A DNA stretch of 53,439 bases, taken from contig JAGPEG010000001.1 of NCBI GenBank assembly GCA_018057165.1, positions 1 through 53,439 of the forward strand. Reading direction: 5' to 3'. Shown piece by piece: positions 25,524-35,424 of this stretch. The notes under the pieces were generated by a model that did not search any database, was not told the DNA's origin, and saw only the letters and a list, made by a program, of their open reading frames with translations. Numbering within the stretch: the stretch's first letter is position 1; every line of letters begins with the position of its first letter. Both the position numbers and the translations under genes were made by a program. Source of the stretch: Tabrizicola sp. (GTDB lineage: Bacteria > Pseudomonadota > Alphaproteobacteria > Rhodobacterales > Rhodobacteraceae).

Positions 25524-26537
25524 ATGACCATCAGGACATTCACGATCTCGCGCCGCGGTGTGCTTCTGGGCGGCGGCGCCATTGCCGCTGCGGCAAACCT
25601 GCCGCTTGCGGCTTTTGCGCAGGAACCGCTCAAGATGGCGGGCATCTATACGGTGCCGGTCGAACAGCAATGGGTCAGCCGCATCCACATCGCCGCCGAG
25701 GCGCTGAAGGCGGCGGGGACAGTCGACTATACCTACACCGAGAACGTCGCGAACACCGACTATCCCCGCGTGATGCGGGAATATTGCGAGGCGGGGGTCA
25801 AGCTGATCGTCGGCGAGATCTTCGGGGCCGAGGCGGAAGCGCGCGAAGTCTGCGCCGAATACCCGGACGTGGCGTTCCTCCTCGGCTCGTCCTTCCCGCC
25901 GGATGCGGCGGCGAATCCGAACCTTGGCGTGTTCGACAACTACATCCAGGATGCCGCCTATCTGTCCGGCATCGTCGCGGGCGGGATGACCAAGGGCAAT
26001 ATCGGCATGGTCGGCGGCTTCCCGATCCCCGAGGTCAACCGGCTGATGAACGCCTTCATGGCCGGTGTGCGCGAGGTGAAGGCCGACGCGAAGTTCCAGG
26101 TCAGCTTCATCGGGTCCTGGTTCGACCCGCCGAAGGCCAAGGAGACCGCCTTCGCCATGATCGATGGCGGCGCGGACCTGATGTATGCCGAACGCTTCGG
26201 GGTATCGGATGCAGCCAAGGAACGCGGCGTGCTGGCGATCGGCAACGTGATCGACACGCAGGGGGATTACCCGGAAACGGTCGTCACCTCGGCGCTGTGG
26301 CATTTCGAGCCGACGCTGAACGCTGCGGTGGCGGCGATCCAGGGCGGCACGTTCAAGGCCGACAATTACGGCACCTATTCCTTCATGAATGCGGGCGGCT
26401 GCTCCTTGGCGCCGCTTGGCACGTTCGACGGCAAGGTCCCGGCGGAAATCATGGCCAAGGTGGCCGAGAAGGAAGCCGCGATCAAGGACGGCAGCTTCAC
26501 GGTGGCCATCGACGACAGCGAGCCGAAATCGTCGTGA
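25524..26537 (+). CDS. BMP-family ABC substrate-binding protein with Tat signal (nucleoside/nucleobase type)
   Basis: SRRGVLL twin-arginine leader; PIPEVNRLMNAF and FIGSWFDPPK motifs. Confidence 0.88.
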   Translation: MTIRTFTISRRGVLLGGGAIAAAANLPLAAFAQEPLKMAGIYTVPVEQQWVSRIHIAAEALKAAGTVDYTYTENVANTDYPRVMREYCEAGVKLIVGEIFGAEAEAREVCAEYPDVAFLLGSSFPPDAAANPNLGVFDNYIQDAAYLSGIVAGGMTKGNIGMVGGFPIPEVNRLMNAFMAGVREVKADAKFQVSFIGSWFDPPKAKETAFAMIDGGADLMYAERFGVSDAAKERGVLAIGNVIDTQGDYPETVVTSALWHFEPTLNAAVAAIQGGTFKADNYGTYSFMNAGGCSLAPLGTFDGKVPAEIMAKVAEKEAAIKDGSFTVAIDDSEPKSS

Positions 26538-28066
26538 GCAAGGCAAAGGAGGCGGAGGTTGTCCTCCGCCTCGACCGTATTTCCAAGGCCTTCGGCGCAT
26601 TGCGTGCGAACGACGCGGTCAGCCTGACCCTGCGGCGCGGCGAGGTCGTGGCATTGCTGGGCGAGAACGGCGCGGGCAAGACGACACTGATGAACATCCT
26701 CTTCGGTCACTATGTGGCCGATGACGGGGGGGTGGAGGTTTTCGGCCAGCCGCTGCCCCCCGGCAACCCGCGTGCCGCTTTGGCGGCGGGGGTGGGGATG
26801 GTGCATCAGCACTTCACCCTGGCGGGCAACCTGACGGTGCTGGAGAACATCCGCCTTGGGACCGAAAGCCTGTGGGCGCGCAGTGTTACGGGCGCGCGGG
26901 CAAAGGTCGAACGCCTGTCGCGCGACTTCGGGCTGGCGGTGCATCCGGGTGCCAAGGTCGGGCGGCTGTCGGTCGGGGAACGCCAGCGGGTCGAGATCCT
27001 GAAGGCGCTCTACCGCGACGCGCGCATCCTGATCCTGGACGAGCCGACGGCGGTGCTGACCCCGCAGGAATCCGAGGCGCTGTTCGCCACCTTGCGGAAG
27101 GCCACGGCGCTGGGGCTGTCGGTGATCTTCATCAGCCACAAGCTGCATGAGGTCATGGCGATTGCCGACCGCTGCGTGGTCTTGCGTCATGGCAAGGTGG
27201 TGGGCGAGGTCGACACCCATGTCACCGACAAGGGCGCGCTCGCCGCGCTGATGGTGGGCGGGGAGTTGTCGCTGCCAAGGGCCGAGGCGCGGGCACCGGG
27301 GCCGGTGCTCATGCAGGTGCAGGGGGTGACGACGCCGGACCGGGGGGCGACGCCGGGGCTCAAGGCGGTGTCGCTGGAGCTGCGGGCCGGGCAGATCACC
27401 GGGCTTGCCGGGGTGTCGGGCAACGGGCAGGCGGCGCTGGCCGAGATTGTCGGCGGGCTGGCGCTGCCGGGTTCAGGGTCCATTTCCCTGCGGGGAACTC
27501 CCGTCCGCAACTGGTCGCCCGGCGTGGCGCTGGCGCGGGGCGTGGCGCGCATCCCGGAGGACCGGCATCACCAGGGCAGCATCGCCGACTTCGACCTGAC
27601 GGAGAATGCGGTGCTGGAGGGGTATCGGTCGCGCTTCTCGCGCCGGGGCTGGATGAACTGGCGCGCGGCGCGGACCTTTGCCGAAGAGATCATCAAGGAT
27701 TACGACGTGCGCTGTCCGGGACCGGGCACCCGCATCCGGTTGCTGTCGGGCGGGAACATGCAGAAGCTGATCCTGGGCCGGGCGATGGCGGCTGGCCCCG
27801 AGGTGATCCTGGCGAACCAGCCGGTCCGGGGCTTGGATGTGGGCGCGATTGCCTATGTGCAAGGCCAGTTGATCGCGGCGCGCGACCGGGGGGCGGCAGT
27901 GCTGCTGATTTCAGAGGATCTTGATGAAATCATGGGTTTGTCCGATGTCATTCATGTGATGTCTCAAGGTCGCCTGTCGCCCGGTTTCGCGCGCGGGACG
28001 ATGACGGCGGCAGAGCTGGGCCTGTGGATGGCGGGCCAGAAGTTCGGAGACGCCGATGCGGCTTGA
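26534..28066 (+). CDS. Dual-domain ABC ATPase (CUT2 / nucleoside importer)
   Basis: GENGAGKT, LSVGERQRVE, LDEPT and LSGGNMQK motifs; GTG start overlapping the upstream stop. Confidence 0.92.
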   Translation: MSKAKEAEVVLRLDRISKAFGALRANDAVSLTLRRGEVVALLGENGAGKTTLMNILFGHYVADDGGVEVFGQPLPPGNPRAALAAGVGMVHQHFTLAGNLTVLENIRLGTESLWARSVTGARAKVERLSRDFGLAVHPGAKVGRLSVGERQRVEILKALYRDARILILDEPTAVLTPQESEALFATLRKATALGLSVIFISHKLHEVMAIADRCVVLRHGKVVGEVDTHVTDKGALAALMVGGELSLPRAEARAPGPVLMQVQGVTTPDRGATPGLKAVSLELRAGQITGLAGVSGNGQAALAEIVGGLALPGSGSISLRGTPVRNWSPGVALARGVARIPEDRHHQGSIADFDLTENAVLEGYRSRFSRRGWMNWRAARTFAEEIIKDYDVRCPGPGTRIRLLSGGNMQKLILGRAMAAGPEVILANQPVRGLDVGAIAYVQGQLIAARDRGAAVLLISEDLDEIMGLSDVIHVMSQGRLSPGFARGTMTAAELGLWMAGQKFGDADAA

Positions 28067-29099
28067 ACCCATCGCCAATCCTTCGCCCCTGCGCCGCCTG
28101 GGCCTGCCCGCGCTGGCGCTGGGGGCGACACTGGCGGTCGCGATGTTTCTGGCGCTGATCGCCGGGGCCAATCCGTTTGCCGTGCTGGGCCAGATTGCCA
28201 CCGGGGCGCTGGGGTCGAAGCTGGCGGTGCTGGAGACACTGAACCGCGCGACGCCGCTGATCTTCACCGGACTGGCGGTCGCGGTCGCTTTCCGGGCGAA
28301 GCTGTGGAACATCGGGGCCGAGGCGCAGTTCTATGCCGGTGCGATCATTGCGGTCGTGCTGGGGACCGGGGCGCTGGGGAGCCCTCTGGTCCTGCCGGTG
28401 TCCGCCCTGGCCGCGATGCTGGCCGGGGCGGCGCTGCTTCTGGGTCCCGTCTTGCTGAAGACCCGGCTCGGGGTGGATGAGGTCGTCACGACGCTGCTTC
28501 TGAACTTCATCATGCTGCTGTTCGTCAGCTATCTGCTGGAAGGGCCGATGAAGGACCCGATGGGCATGGGCTGGCCGAAGTCCCCTGCCCTGATCGCCGA
28601 GGCCCGCCTGCCCCGGATCGTCGACGGTTTGCGGCTGCACTGGGGGTTTGCGCTGGCGGTCCTCGCTGCGGTCGTGGTCTGGGTGATCCAGACCCGCACC
28701 ACGCTGGGCTTTGAAATCCGCGCCGTTGGCCAGAACCCGGAAGCCGCACGCTTTGCGGGCATGCCGGTCAAAGCGGTGCTGGTGAAGACGGCGCTGCTGT
28801 CGGGCGGTCTGGCGGCGCTGGCGGGCTGGTCCGAGGTGGCGGGGCTGAAGGGGCATCTGTCGTCGGACCTGTCGCCGGGCTTCGGCTATACCGGGATCAT
28901 CGTCGCCATGCTGGCGCTGCTGCATCCCCTGGGGGTGATCCTGACGGCGATCTTCGTGGCGGGGATCTTTGTCGGGTCCGACGCGATGAGTCGGGCGGCG
29001 GGGGTGCCGACCTATATCGCCGACATGCTGATGGCGACCGCACTTCTGTTCATGGTGCTGGCGATCCTCCTGACCAAGGTCCGGGTGGTGCGGGGATGA
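28056..29099 (+). CDS. ABC permease (BPD_transp_2)
   Basis: WNIGAEAQ, TTLGFEIRAVGQNP.AA and GFGYTGI motifs. Confidence 0.9.
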   Translation: MRLEPIANPSPLRRLGLPALALGATLAVAMFLALIAGANPFAVLGQIATGALGSKLAVLETLNRATPLIFTGLAVAVAFRAKLWNIGAEAQFYAGAIIAVVLGTGALGSPLVLPVSALAAMLAGAALLLGPVLLKTRLGVDEVVTTLLLNFIMLLFVSYLLEGPMKDPMGMGWPKSPALIAEARLPRIVDGLRLHWGFALAVLAAVVVWVIQTRTTLGFEIRAVGQNPEAARFAGMPVKAVLVKTALLSGGLAALAGWSEVAGLKGHLSSDLSPGFGYTGIIVAMLALLHPLGVILTAIFVAGIFVGSDAMSRAAGVPTYIADMLMATALLFMVLAILLTKVRVVRG

Positions 29100-30040
29100 G
29101 CGCGGTGATCGACATCCTGATCTCGGCAAGCTTCTGGGCGGCGGTGATCCGCATCGCCTCGCCGCTGATCCTGGCAACCATGGGAGAGCTGATCTGCGAG
29201 CGCGCCGGGGTGCTGAACCTTGGGATCGAGGGGATCATGGTCATCGGCGCCTTTGCGGGCTGGATGGCGGTCTATCAGGGGTTGCCGCTCTGGGGTGGGG
29301 TCGCGGTGGCGATGGCGGCGGGGATGCTGTTCGGGCTGCTGCAATCCACGCTAACGGTGCCCTTCGGCCTGTCGCAGCATGTGGTCGGGCTGGGGGTGAC
29401 GCTGCTTGCCACCTCCAGCGCGTCCTTCGCCTACCGGCTGATGCTGCCCGAGGTGACAAGCCCGCCGAAGATCGCGCCGTTCCAGCCGCTGCATGTGCCG
29501 GGCCTGTCCGACATTCCCTGGCTGGGCGAGGCTTTGTCGCAGACCGCGCTGACCTGGGCGGCTTTTGCGGTGGCGGGGCTGGTGGCCCTGGTGTTGTATC
29601 GCACGCCGCTGGGGTTGGCGGTGCGGGCGGTCGGGGAAAACCCCGCAGCGGTCGAGGCGCAGGGGCTGTCGGTCACCGGGCTTCGGATGGGGGCGGTGAT
29701 CGTCGGATCGGGGCTGATGGCGGTCGGGGGGGCGTTCCTGACGCTTTCGGCCTTCTCCAGCTTCTTCTTCGAAATGGTGAACGGGCGCGGCTGGGTCTGC
29801 ATCGCGCTGGTCGTGTTCGGGGCCTGGAAACCGGGCAAGGCCGTTCTGGGGGCGATCCTGTTTGCCGCCTTCGACGCGCTTCAGATCCGGCTGCAACAGA
29901 CGCCCTTGGGGGCCGCCCTGCCCTATCAGCTGTTCCTGGCGCTGCCCTTCATCCTGTCAATCCTGGCGCTGATCCTGATGTCGCGCCGGGCCGAGGTGCC
30001 GGCGGCCCTGATGCTGCCCTACAACAAGGGGGAACGCTGA
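29096..30040 (+). CDS. ABC permease (BPD_transp_2)
   Basis: ERAGVLNLGIEG, RAVGENP and GRGWVCIALV motifs. Confidence 0.9.
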   Translation: MSAVIDILISASFWAAVIRIASPLILATMGELICERAGVLNLGIEGIMVIGAFAGWMAVYQGLPLWGGVAVAMAAGMLFGLLQSTLTVPFGLSQHVVGLGVTLLATSSASFAYRLMLPEVTSPPKIAPFQPLHVPGLSDIPWLGEALSQTALTWAAFAVAGLVALVLYRTPLGLAVRAVGENPAAVEAQGLSVTGLRMGAVIVGSGLMAVGGAFLTLSAFSSFFFEMVNGRGWVCIALVVFGAWKPGKAVLGAILFAAFDALQIRLQQTPLGAALPYQLFLALPFILSILALILMSRRAEVPAALMLPYNKGER

Positions 30041-31309
30041 ATGTTCGATCTTCTGGTCATGGGCGGCACGCTGCCCGACGGGACGGTGGCCGATATCGGG
30101 ATCACCGGAGACCGGATCGCCGCCGTGGGACGGCTGGAGGCCGAGGCGGGCCGGGTGATCGACGCGACCGGGGATCTGGTCGCGCCGCCCTTTGTCGATC
30201 CGCATTTCCACATGGACGCTACCCTCAGCTACGGCCTGCCAAGGGTGAATGGCTCGGGCACGCTACTGGAAGGCATCGCGCTTTGGGGCGAGCTGCGCGC
30301 GATTGCGACGGTGGAGGAGATGGTCGAGCGCGCCGTCAGCTATTGCGACTGGGCGGTCAGCATGGGCCTGCTGGCGATCCGCACCCATGTCGACACCACG
30401 CCCGACCATCTGCGCGGGGTGGAGGCGATGCTGGAGGTGAAGGCCCGCGTTGCGCCCTATCTGGACCTGCAACTCGTCGCCTTTCCGCAGGACGGGCTTT
30501 ACCGCAGCAAGACCGGGCGCGAGAACGTGCTGCGGGCGCTGGACATGGGGGTCGATGTCGTGGGCGGCATCCCGCATTTCGAACGCACGATGGAGGAAGG
30601 CGCGGAGTCGATGCGCGACCTGGGTCGCATCGCCGCGGAACGCGGGTTGCTGTGGGACGTGCATTGCGACGAAACCGACGATCCTTTGTCGCGGCATGTG
30701 GAAACAATGGCGCGCGAGGTGACGCGGCATGGCCTGGGCGGTCGGGCGGCGGGCAGCCACCTGACCTCGATGCATTCGATGGACAATTACTATGTCTCGA
30801 AACTGCTGCCGCTGATCGCCGAAAGCGGGATGACGGCGATCCCGAACCCCCTGATCAACATCACCCTGCAAGGCCGCCATGACAGCTATCCGAAGCGACG
30901 CGGGTTGACCCGGGTCAAGGAGATGCAGGCGATGGGCATCCCGGTCGGCTGGGGCCAGGACTGCGTGCTTGACCCCTGGTATTCGCTGGGCACGGCGGAC
31001 ATGCTGGACGTGGCCTTCATGGGCCTGCATGTCGCGCAGATGACGCATCCGGCGGAAATGGCGCGCTGTTTCACCATGGTCACGGAAACCAACGCGCAGA
31101 TCATGAACCTGGAGGGCTACGGCCTGCGTCCCGGTTGCCTTGCAAGCCTGGTGGTGCTGGACGCGGGCAATCCGACCGAGGCGCTGCGCCTGCGGCCGGA
31201 CCGACTGGCGGTGGTCTCGAAGGGGCAAGTGGTCGCCGAACGGCAGCGCAATGATGCCCGGCTGACGCTGGCAGGGCGCCCCGAAACTGTGCGGCGGCGG
31301 CACGGATAG
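30041..31309 (+). CDS. Cytosine/creatinine deaminase-like amidohydrolase (CodA family)
   Basis: DPHFHMD, AIRTHVD, AFPQDG, HCDETDD, SHLTS and GQDC motifs. Confidence 0.85.
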   Translation: MFDLLVMGGTLPDGTVADIGITGDRIAAVGRLEAEAGRVIDATGDLVAPPFVDPHFHMDATLSYGLPRVNGSGTLLEGIALWGELRAIATVEEMVERAVSYCDWAVSMGLLAIRTHVDTTPDHLRGVEAMLEVKARVAPYLDLQLVAFPQDGLYRSKTGRENVLRALDMGVDVVGGIPHFERTMEEGAESMRDLGRIAAERGLLWDVHCDETDDPLSRHVETMAREVTRHGLGGRAAGSHLTSMHSMDNYYVSKLLPLIAESGMTAIPNPLINITLQGRHDSYPKRRGLTRVKEMQAMGIPVGWGQDCVLDPWYSLGTADMLDVAFMGLHVAQMTHPAEMARCFTMVTETNAQIMNLEGYGLRPGCLASLVVLDAGNPTEALRLRPDRLAVVSKGQVVAERQRNDARLTLAGRPETVRRRHG

Positions 31310-31625
31310 CGCCGAATCGGGCAGGCCTTCTCACCCGGCCTGGCCTGTGCGATTCATTCCAGTCACGAAACAGCCAGCCGACAGGCGACCCGCTGCGAAT
31401 CCATCCGGCAGCGCACAAACGGCCATTTCCCGCATTGGTTGAGCAATCCCATCCTTCAAATCTCCTCTTGATCGCCCCATTTTCGCCCTCATCCACAACC
31501 ATGACGGTCACAATGGATTGGTGCGTTTGTGTGGACGATTACCCCTGCGGAGCTGGACGGGCTGCTTGACGCTCGACCCGGCGCGAACAGAACCGTCCCA
31601 TTGACATTGCACCATTGCGGGAAGG

Positions 31626-33692
31626 GTGAACGAGATGGCGCAGCAGAAAGCGGTGGAACCCGCGACCGATGAGGTCGAGGATCTGATCGACGAACTGCAA
31701 CCCGGCGCAAAGCTGCTCAAGGGTCAGTACACGATCACCCGCTACATCAACAGCGGCGGCTTCGGCATCACCTATCTTGCCAAGGACAGCCTGGACCGCG
31801 ACGTGGTGATCAAGGAATGCTTCCCCTCGTCGGTCTGCCGCCGGTCGAAGGTTGTCGTCGCGGCCCGGTCGCGCGCGCATACCGCCGAACTTCGGTCCAT
31901 CGTCCAGCTTTTCGTGCGTGAGGCGCGCAACCTGGCGAAGATCGTGCATCCGAACATCGTCGCCGTCCATCAGGTGTTCGAGGACAACGGCACCGCCTAT
32001 ATGGCGATCGACTTCATCGACGGCCTTGACCTGCAACAGGTGATCGACGGCGAAGGCCCAAGGCTTTCGACCGATCATATCGTGAAGATCACCGAAAAGC
32101 TGCTGCATGCGGTGGGCTTCATCCATGACAACGACATGCTGCATCGGGATATCTCGCCCGACAACGTGCTGATCGACCAGACCGGCGAGCCGATCCTGAT
32201 CGACTTCGGTGCCGCGCGGGACAAGGCCTCGCAGTCGAACCGGGCCATGTCGGCGCTGCGCGTGGTGAAGGACGGCTATTCGCCGCAGGAATTCTACATC
32301 GCCGGGTCGGAACAGGGGCCGTGGAGCGACCTTTATGCGCTTGGCGCGACGCTTTACCACCTGATCTCGGGCGATGCGCCGATCAACGGCCAGGCCCGGC
32401 TTGCCGCGCTGGCAGAAGACCGGACCGATCCCTATTCACCGCTGACCGGACGGTTCGCGGGCTTTCCGAAGGGCTTCCTCGAGGCCATCGACCGGGCGAT
32501 GAGCACGCTTCCGAAGCAGCGCCTGCAATCGGCGCGGGACTGGCTGGCGATGTTCCATTCCGCCTCGGCGGCGCCAGCCGGGGTCGTCGCCGCAGCGACG
32601 CCGGAACCCGCTCGTGACCGCGCGCCTGATAGCCATGCGGCAGCCGTGGCCCCGGCCAAGGCGGCCTCGCGCCCGGCTGAGGTTGTGGCGGAACGGGCAG
32701 CGCGCGCCGGCGGGAAAAGCCCGGTGCAGCTGGCCGCAGGGGTGGCGGCGGCGCTGATCGTGGTCGCGGTCGGCTACATGATGCTGGGCGGCAAGGATCC
32801 CGCCCCCGTGGCCGTGGCGACCGCAACCACGAGCGATGCCAGCGAACCGGCAGCGCCCGAAGCGGCAAAACCTGCGGAACCGGCCAGCGAAACCGCCGCT
32901 GCCGCGCCTGTTGTCGCAGAGACACCGGCGGTGACGGAAGTTGCTGCCGCACCGACCGAACCTGCCGCCAAGCCCGAGCCCGCCCCTGTTGTCGAGCCCG
33001 AGCCCACTCCTGTCGCCGAACCCGAGACGGTTGCGTCGACCGAGACGACAGTCGCCGAAAGCCCGGCGGCACCTGTCGGCACGCCCGCTGCCAACCAGGT
33101 TGCCTTTGCCGCCTGGGACGTGGAAATCCCCTTCGCCTCGGATGACCGCATGGTTGACGGCAAGCGCGTCGCGGTGGTGACACGGATCCCGCCGACGGTG
33201 GATCTGAAGGAGGCGGGTGACTGGCTTGCTCCGGGGATCACCCTTTTCGCCGTCAACGGCACGCCGATCCAGTCGGCCGGGTCGATCACCGTCGCGGTGA
33301 TGAATGCCATGTCGGTTGACCCCGACGGCAAGGCCCGTCTTGTCGTCGAATATGCCGATGTCTCGAAAGAACGGAAGACCGGCCTACTGACGGTGTCCAC
33401 CGTCCGTCTGGTCAACCTGCAGAACGGGGTCGGCACGCGAACCTCGGTCGTCGACGGTGTCTGGACCACCGCAGTTACCGGCGTGACCCGGCCCGAGCTC
33501 ACCAGCCTGCGCCAGGGGGATGTGCTGTTCCGCGACAAGACCACCAAGACGCCGCTGGACGGGCCGGCCTCGCTGGAGAAGATCATTGCAGACCTGACTG
33601 CTGCCGGGGCGACCCAGACCGACTTCTCGGTCATCCGCGACAACAAGGTGGGCGAAGCGCATATGCAACTGACCCTGGAGGAGGGCCAGTGA
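31626..33692 (+). CDS. Membrane-anchored Hanks-type Ser/Thr protein kinase with extracytoplasmic domain
   Basis: SGGFGITY, IKE, HRDISPDN, DFG, YSPQE and SDLYALG motifs; one TM; Pro/Ala/Glu-rich linker; beta-rich C-terminus. Confidence 0.92.
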   Translation: MNEMAQQKAVEPATDEVEDLIDELQPGAKLLKGQYTITRYINSGGFGITYLAKDSLDRDVVIKECFPSSVCRRSKVVVAARSRAHTAELRSIVQLFVREARNLAKIVHPNIVAVHQVFEDNGTAYMAIDFIDGLDLQQVIDGEGPRLSTDHIVKITEKLLHAVGFIHDNDMLHRDISPDNVLIDQTGEPILIDFGAARDKASQSNRAMSALRVVKDGYSPQEFYIAGSEQGPWSDLYALGATLYHLISGDAPINGQARLAALAEDRTDPYSPLTGRFAGFPKGFLEAIDRAMSTLPKQRLQSARDWLAMFHSASAAPAGVVAAATPEPARDRAPDSHAAAVAPAKAASRPAEVVAERAARAGGKSPVQLAAGVAAALIVVAVGYMMLGGKDPAPVAVATATTSDASEPAAPEAAKPAEPASETAAAAPVVAETPAVTEVAAAPTEPAAKPEPAPVVEPEPTPVAEPETVASTETTVAESPAAPVGTPAANQVAFAAWDVEIPFASDDRMVDGKRVAVVTRIPPTVDLKEAGDWLAPGITLFAVNGTPIQSAGSITVAVMNAMSVDPDGKARLVVEYADVSKERKTGLLTVSTVRLVNLQNGVGTRTSVVDGVWTTAVTGVTRPELTSLRQGDVLFRDKTTKTPLDGPASLEKIIADLTAAGATQTDFSVIRDNKVGEAHMQLTLEEGQ

Positions 33693-33889
33693 TCATGGCG
33701 CCGCATGCTGCACGCAAGGACGCTGCTGCCCTGTCGCCGGGGTCCCCGCCCGCCGCTGCCTGCGGATGCGCGCCGACAATACCCGGCGCAGCCACGCCGC
33801 TTGACCCCCTGATCTTCGCCCTGTCGCGGGCGGTTGATCGCCTTGGTCCGGGTCAGGTGCCCGACCCCCGCCCTGACACCGCAGGCTGA
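33689..33889 (+). CDS. Possible small hypothetical protein
   Basis: GTGA overlap with the kinase stop and GGAGG upstream; no recognisable motif. Confidence 0.3.
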   Translation: MIMAPHAARKDAAALSPGSPPAAACGCAPTIPGAATPLDPLIFALSRAVDRLGPGQVPDPRPDTAG

Positions 33890-33993
33890 GCCGACAGGAC
33901 GCAGTTTGCACAAAGCATAGTTCGACCCCGGTTGCCTCGGGCGGGATGGCCCGATGCCGCCTCACGGCCCGGCACCCGGCCAATGGAGCACAG

Positions 33994-35085
33994 ATGATGG
34001 CACTTTCGCGGACCTTCCTCATCGGCAGTACGGCGCTGCTTCTCGGCGGCACGGCGGCGCTGGCACAAGAGGCCTGTACGACCTACAAGGTCCAGGCGGG
34101 TGACAACCTGCGCTACATCGCCCGGACCGCCTATGGCGATGCCGACCTTTACCGGGTGATCTATGACGCGAACGTGGCCACCATCGGCGAAAAGGCCGAC
34201 CTGATCGAGATCGGGACCGAGCTGGTCCTGCCCTGCGATACAAGCCCCCCCGCTGCCGAAACCGTAGCCGCAGCCGCCACGCCAGAGACGGCGGCACCCG
34301 AAACCGCCGCCGCGGTTCCTGTCGCCGCGGCGACAGTCAAGCCGATCGGCTTTGTCACCGGCAACGGCTATGCACCCTTTGCCGACGAGACCCTGCCCGG
34401 CGGCGGCATGATGACCCAACTGGTCGAGATGTCGGTGTTCCGCGCCGATCCCGGCATTCCCTACAACCTGACCTTCATCAACGACTGGCAGGCCCATCTC
34501 GACGCGCTGCTGCCCTCGGGCGCCTATGACCTGAGCTTCCCCTGGATCCGCCCGAACTGCGAGGCGCCCGAGACGCTGTCGCCGGGCGACCAGACCCGCT
34601 GCAACGACTTCGTCTTCTCCGGCCCGTTCTATGAAATCGTCGACGGCTTCTTCGCGCTGCGCGACAGCGGCCTCGGCGCGGCAACGAAATACTCCGAGTT
34701 CGAGGGCAAGCGCATCTGCCGCCCCGAGGGCTTCACCACCGGGGTGCTGGATGCGGTGGGACTGACGGCCGCGACCATCACCCTGACCCGCCCGGTCGAG
34801 GCGACCGACTGCTTCCGCGCCCTTGCGGCAGGCGAGGTGGACCTGGTGTCGATCGACGCCGAAGTGGGCGACTCGGCGCTTGCGGAACTGGGCCTGGCCG
34901 CGAAGGTCGAGCAGAACCCGCATCTGATGACGCTGCTCAGCCTGCATGTCATCGCCCACAAGTCGAACCAGCGCGCCGTCGACATGATCGGCCAGCTCGA
35001 TGCCGGGCTGATCGAGATGTATGAATCGGGCGAGTGGTACGACATCGTCTCGACAGCCCTGACGCGGGAAGGCCCGAAACCGTGA
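33994..35085 (+). CDS. Exported LysM + family-3 solute-binding-domain protein (paralog 1)
   Basis: Signal peptide; CTTYKVQAGDNL..IA..AYG LysM; YAPFADE.LPGGG and ICRPEG SBP-like region. Confidence 0.85.
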   Translation: MMALSRTFLIGSTALLLGGTAALAQEACTTYKVQAGDNLRYIARTAYGDADLYRVIYDANVATIGEKADLIEIGTELVLPCDTSPPAAETVAAAATPETAAPETAAAVPVAAATVKPIGFVTGNGYAPFADETLPGGGMMTQLVEMSVFRADPGIPYNLTFINDWQAHLDALLPSGAYDLSFPWIRPNCEAPETLSPGDQTRCNDFVFSGPFYEIVDGFFALRDSGLGAATKYSEFEGKRICRPEGFTTGVLDAVGLTAATITLTRPVEATDCFRALAAGEVDLVSIDAEVGDSALAELGLAAKVEQNPHLMTLLSLHVIAHKSNQRAVDMIGQLDAGLIEMYESGEWYDIVSTALTREGPKP

Positions 35086-35171
35086 CCGACCGGGGCCAAC
35101 GGCCTCTGGTCGCATGTTGCGAAAATGGAAACAGGAATCGCCGCCGGATTGCGCCTGCCACGTCCGGCGCC

Positions 35172-35187
35172 TGGCATGCACATTGCG
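35172..35187 (+). promoter_or_regulatory. Possible sigma54 -24/-12 promoter
   Basis: TGGCAT-gcaca-TTGCG with GG-N10-GC spacing. Confidence 0.35.
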
Positions 35188-35424
35188 CCATCTCGGGCCG
35201 GGCCTCCACCCGGAACCGCTTTCGCGGGGTTCGGACGCGCCGATCCAGCGTAGAATCCGATCTGTCGATCACATTTTGCGCCCGGAACATGCCAGCCGTT
35301 TTTGATCACCGGATCGCCATATTCGTGCCATTTATACAACCCTATGGTGCAACATCTGTAATATTGTTTCGGTTTCTGCGCGTTCACAGCAGCATCTAAC
35401 GGCCTTCGGAAGGAATACCGCCCC

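Noticed and set aside
25670-26533. N-terminal extension making a 798-aa ABC ATPase
   Set aside because: It overlaps the BMP gene in another frame; the likely start is the GTG at 26534.
23976-26600. 874-aa minus-strand ORF and other long antisense ORFs (e.g. 11863-13656, 15278-17014, 40148-42010)
   Set aside because: Shadow frames of well-supported genes in high-GC DNA; they carry no motifs.
31310-31625. sRNA or small ORF upstream of the kinase
   Set aside because: No terminator, RBS-led ORF or motif that I can support.
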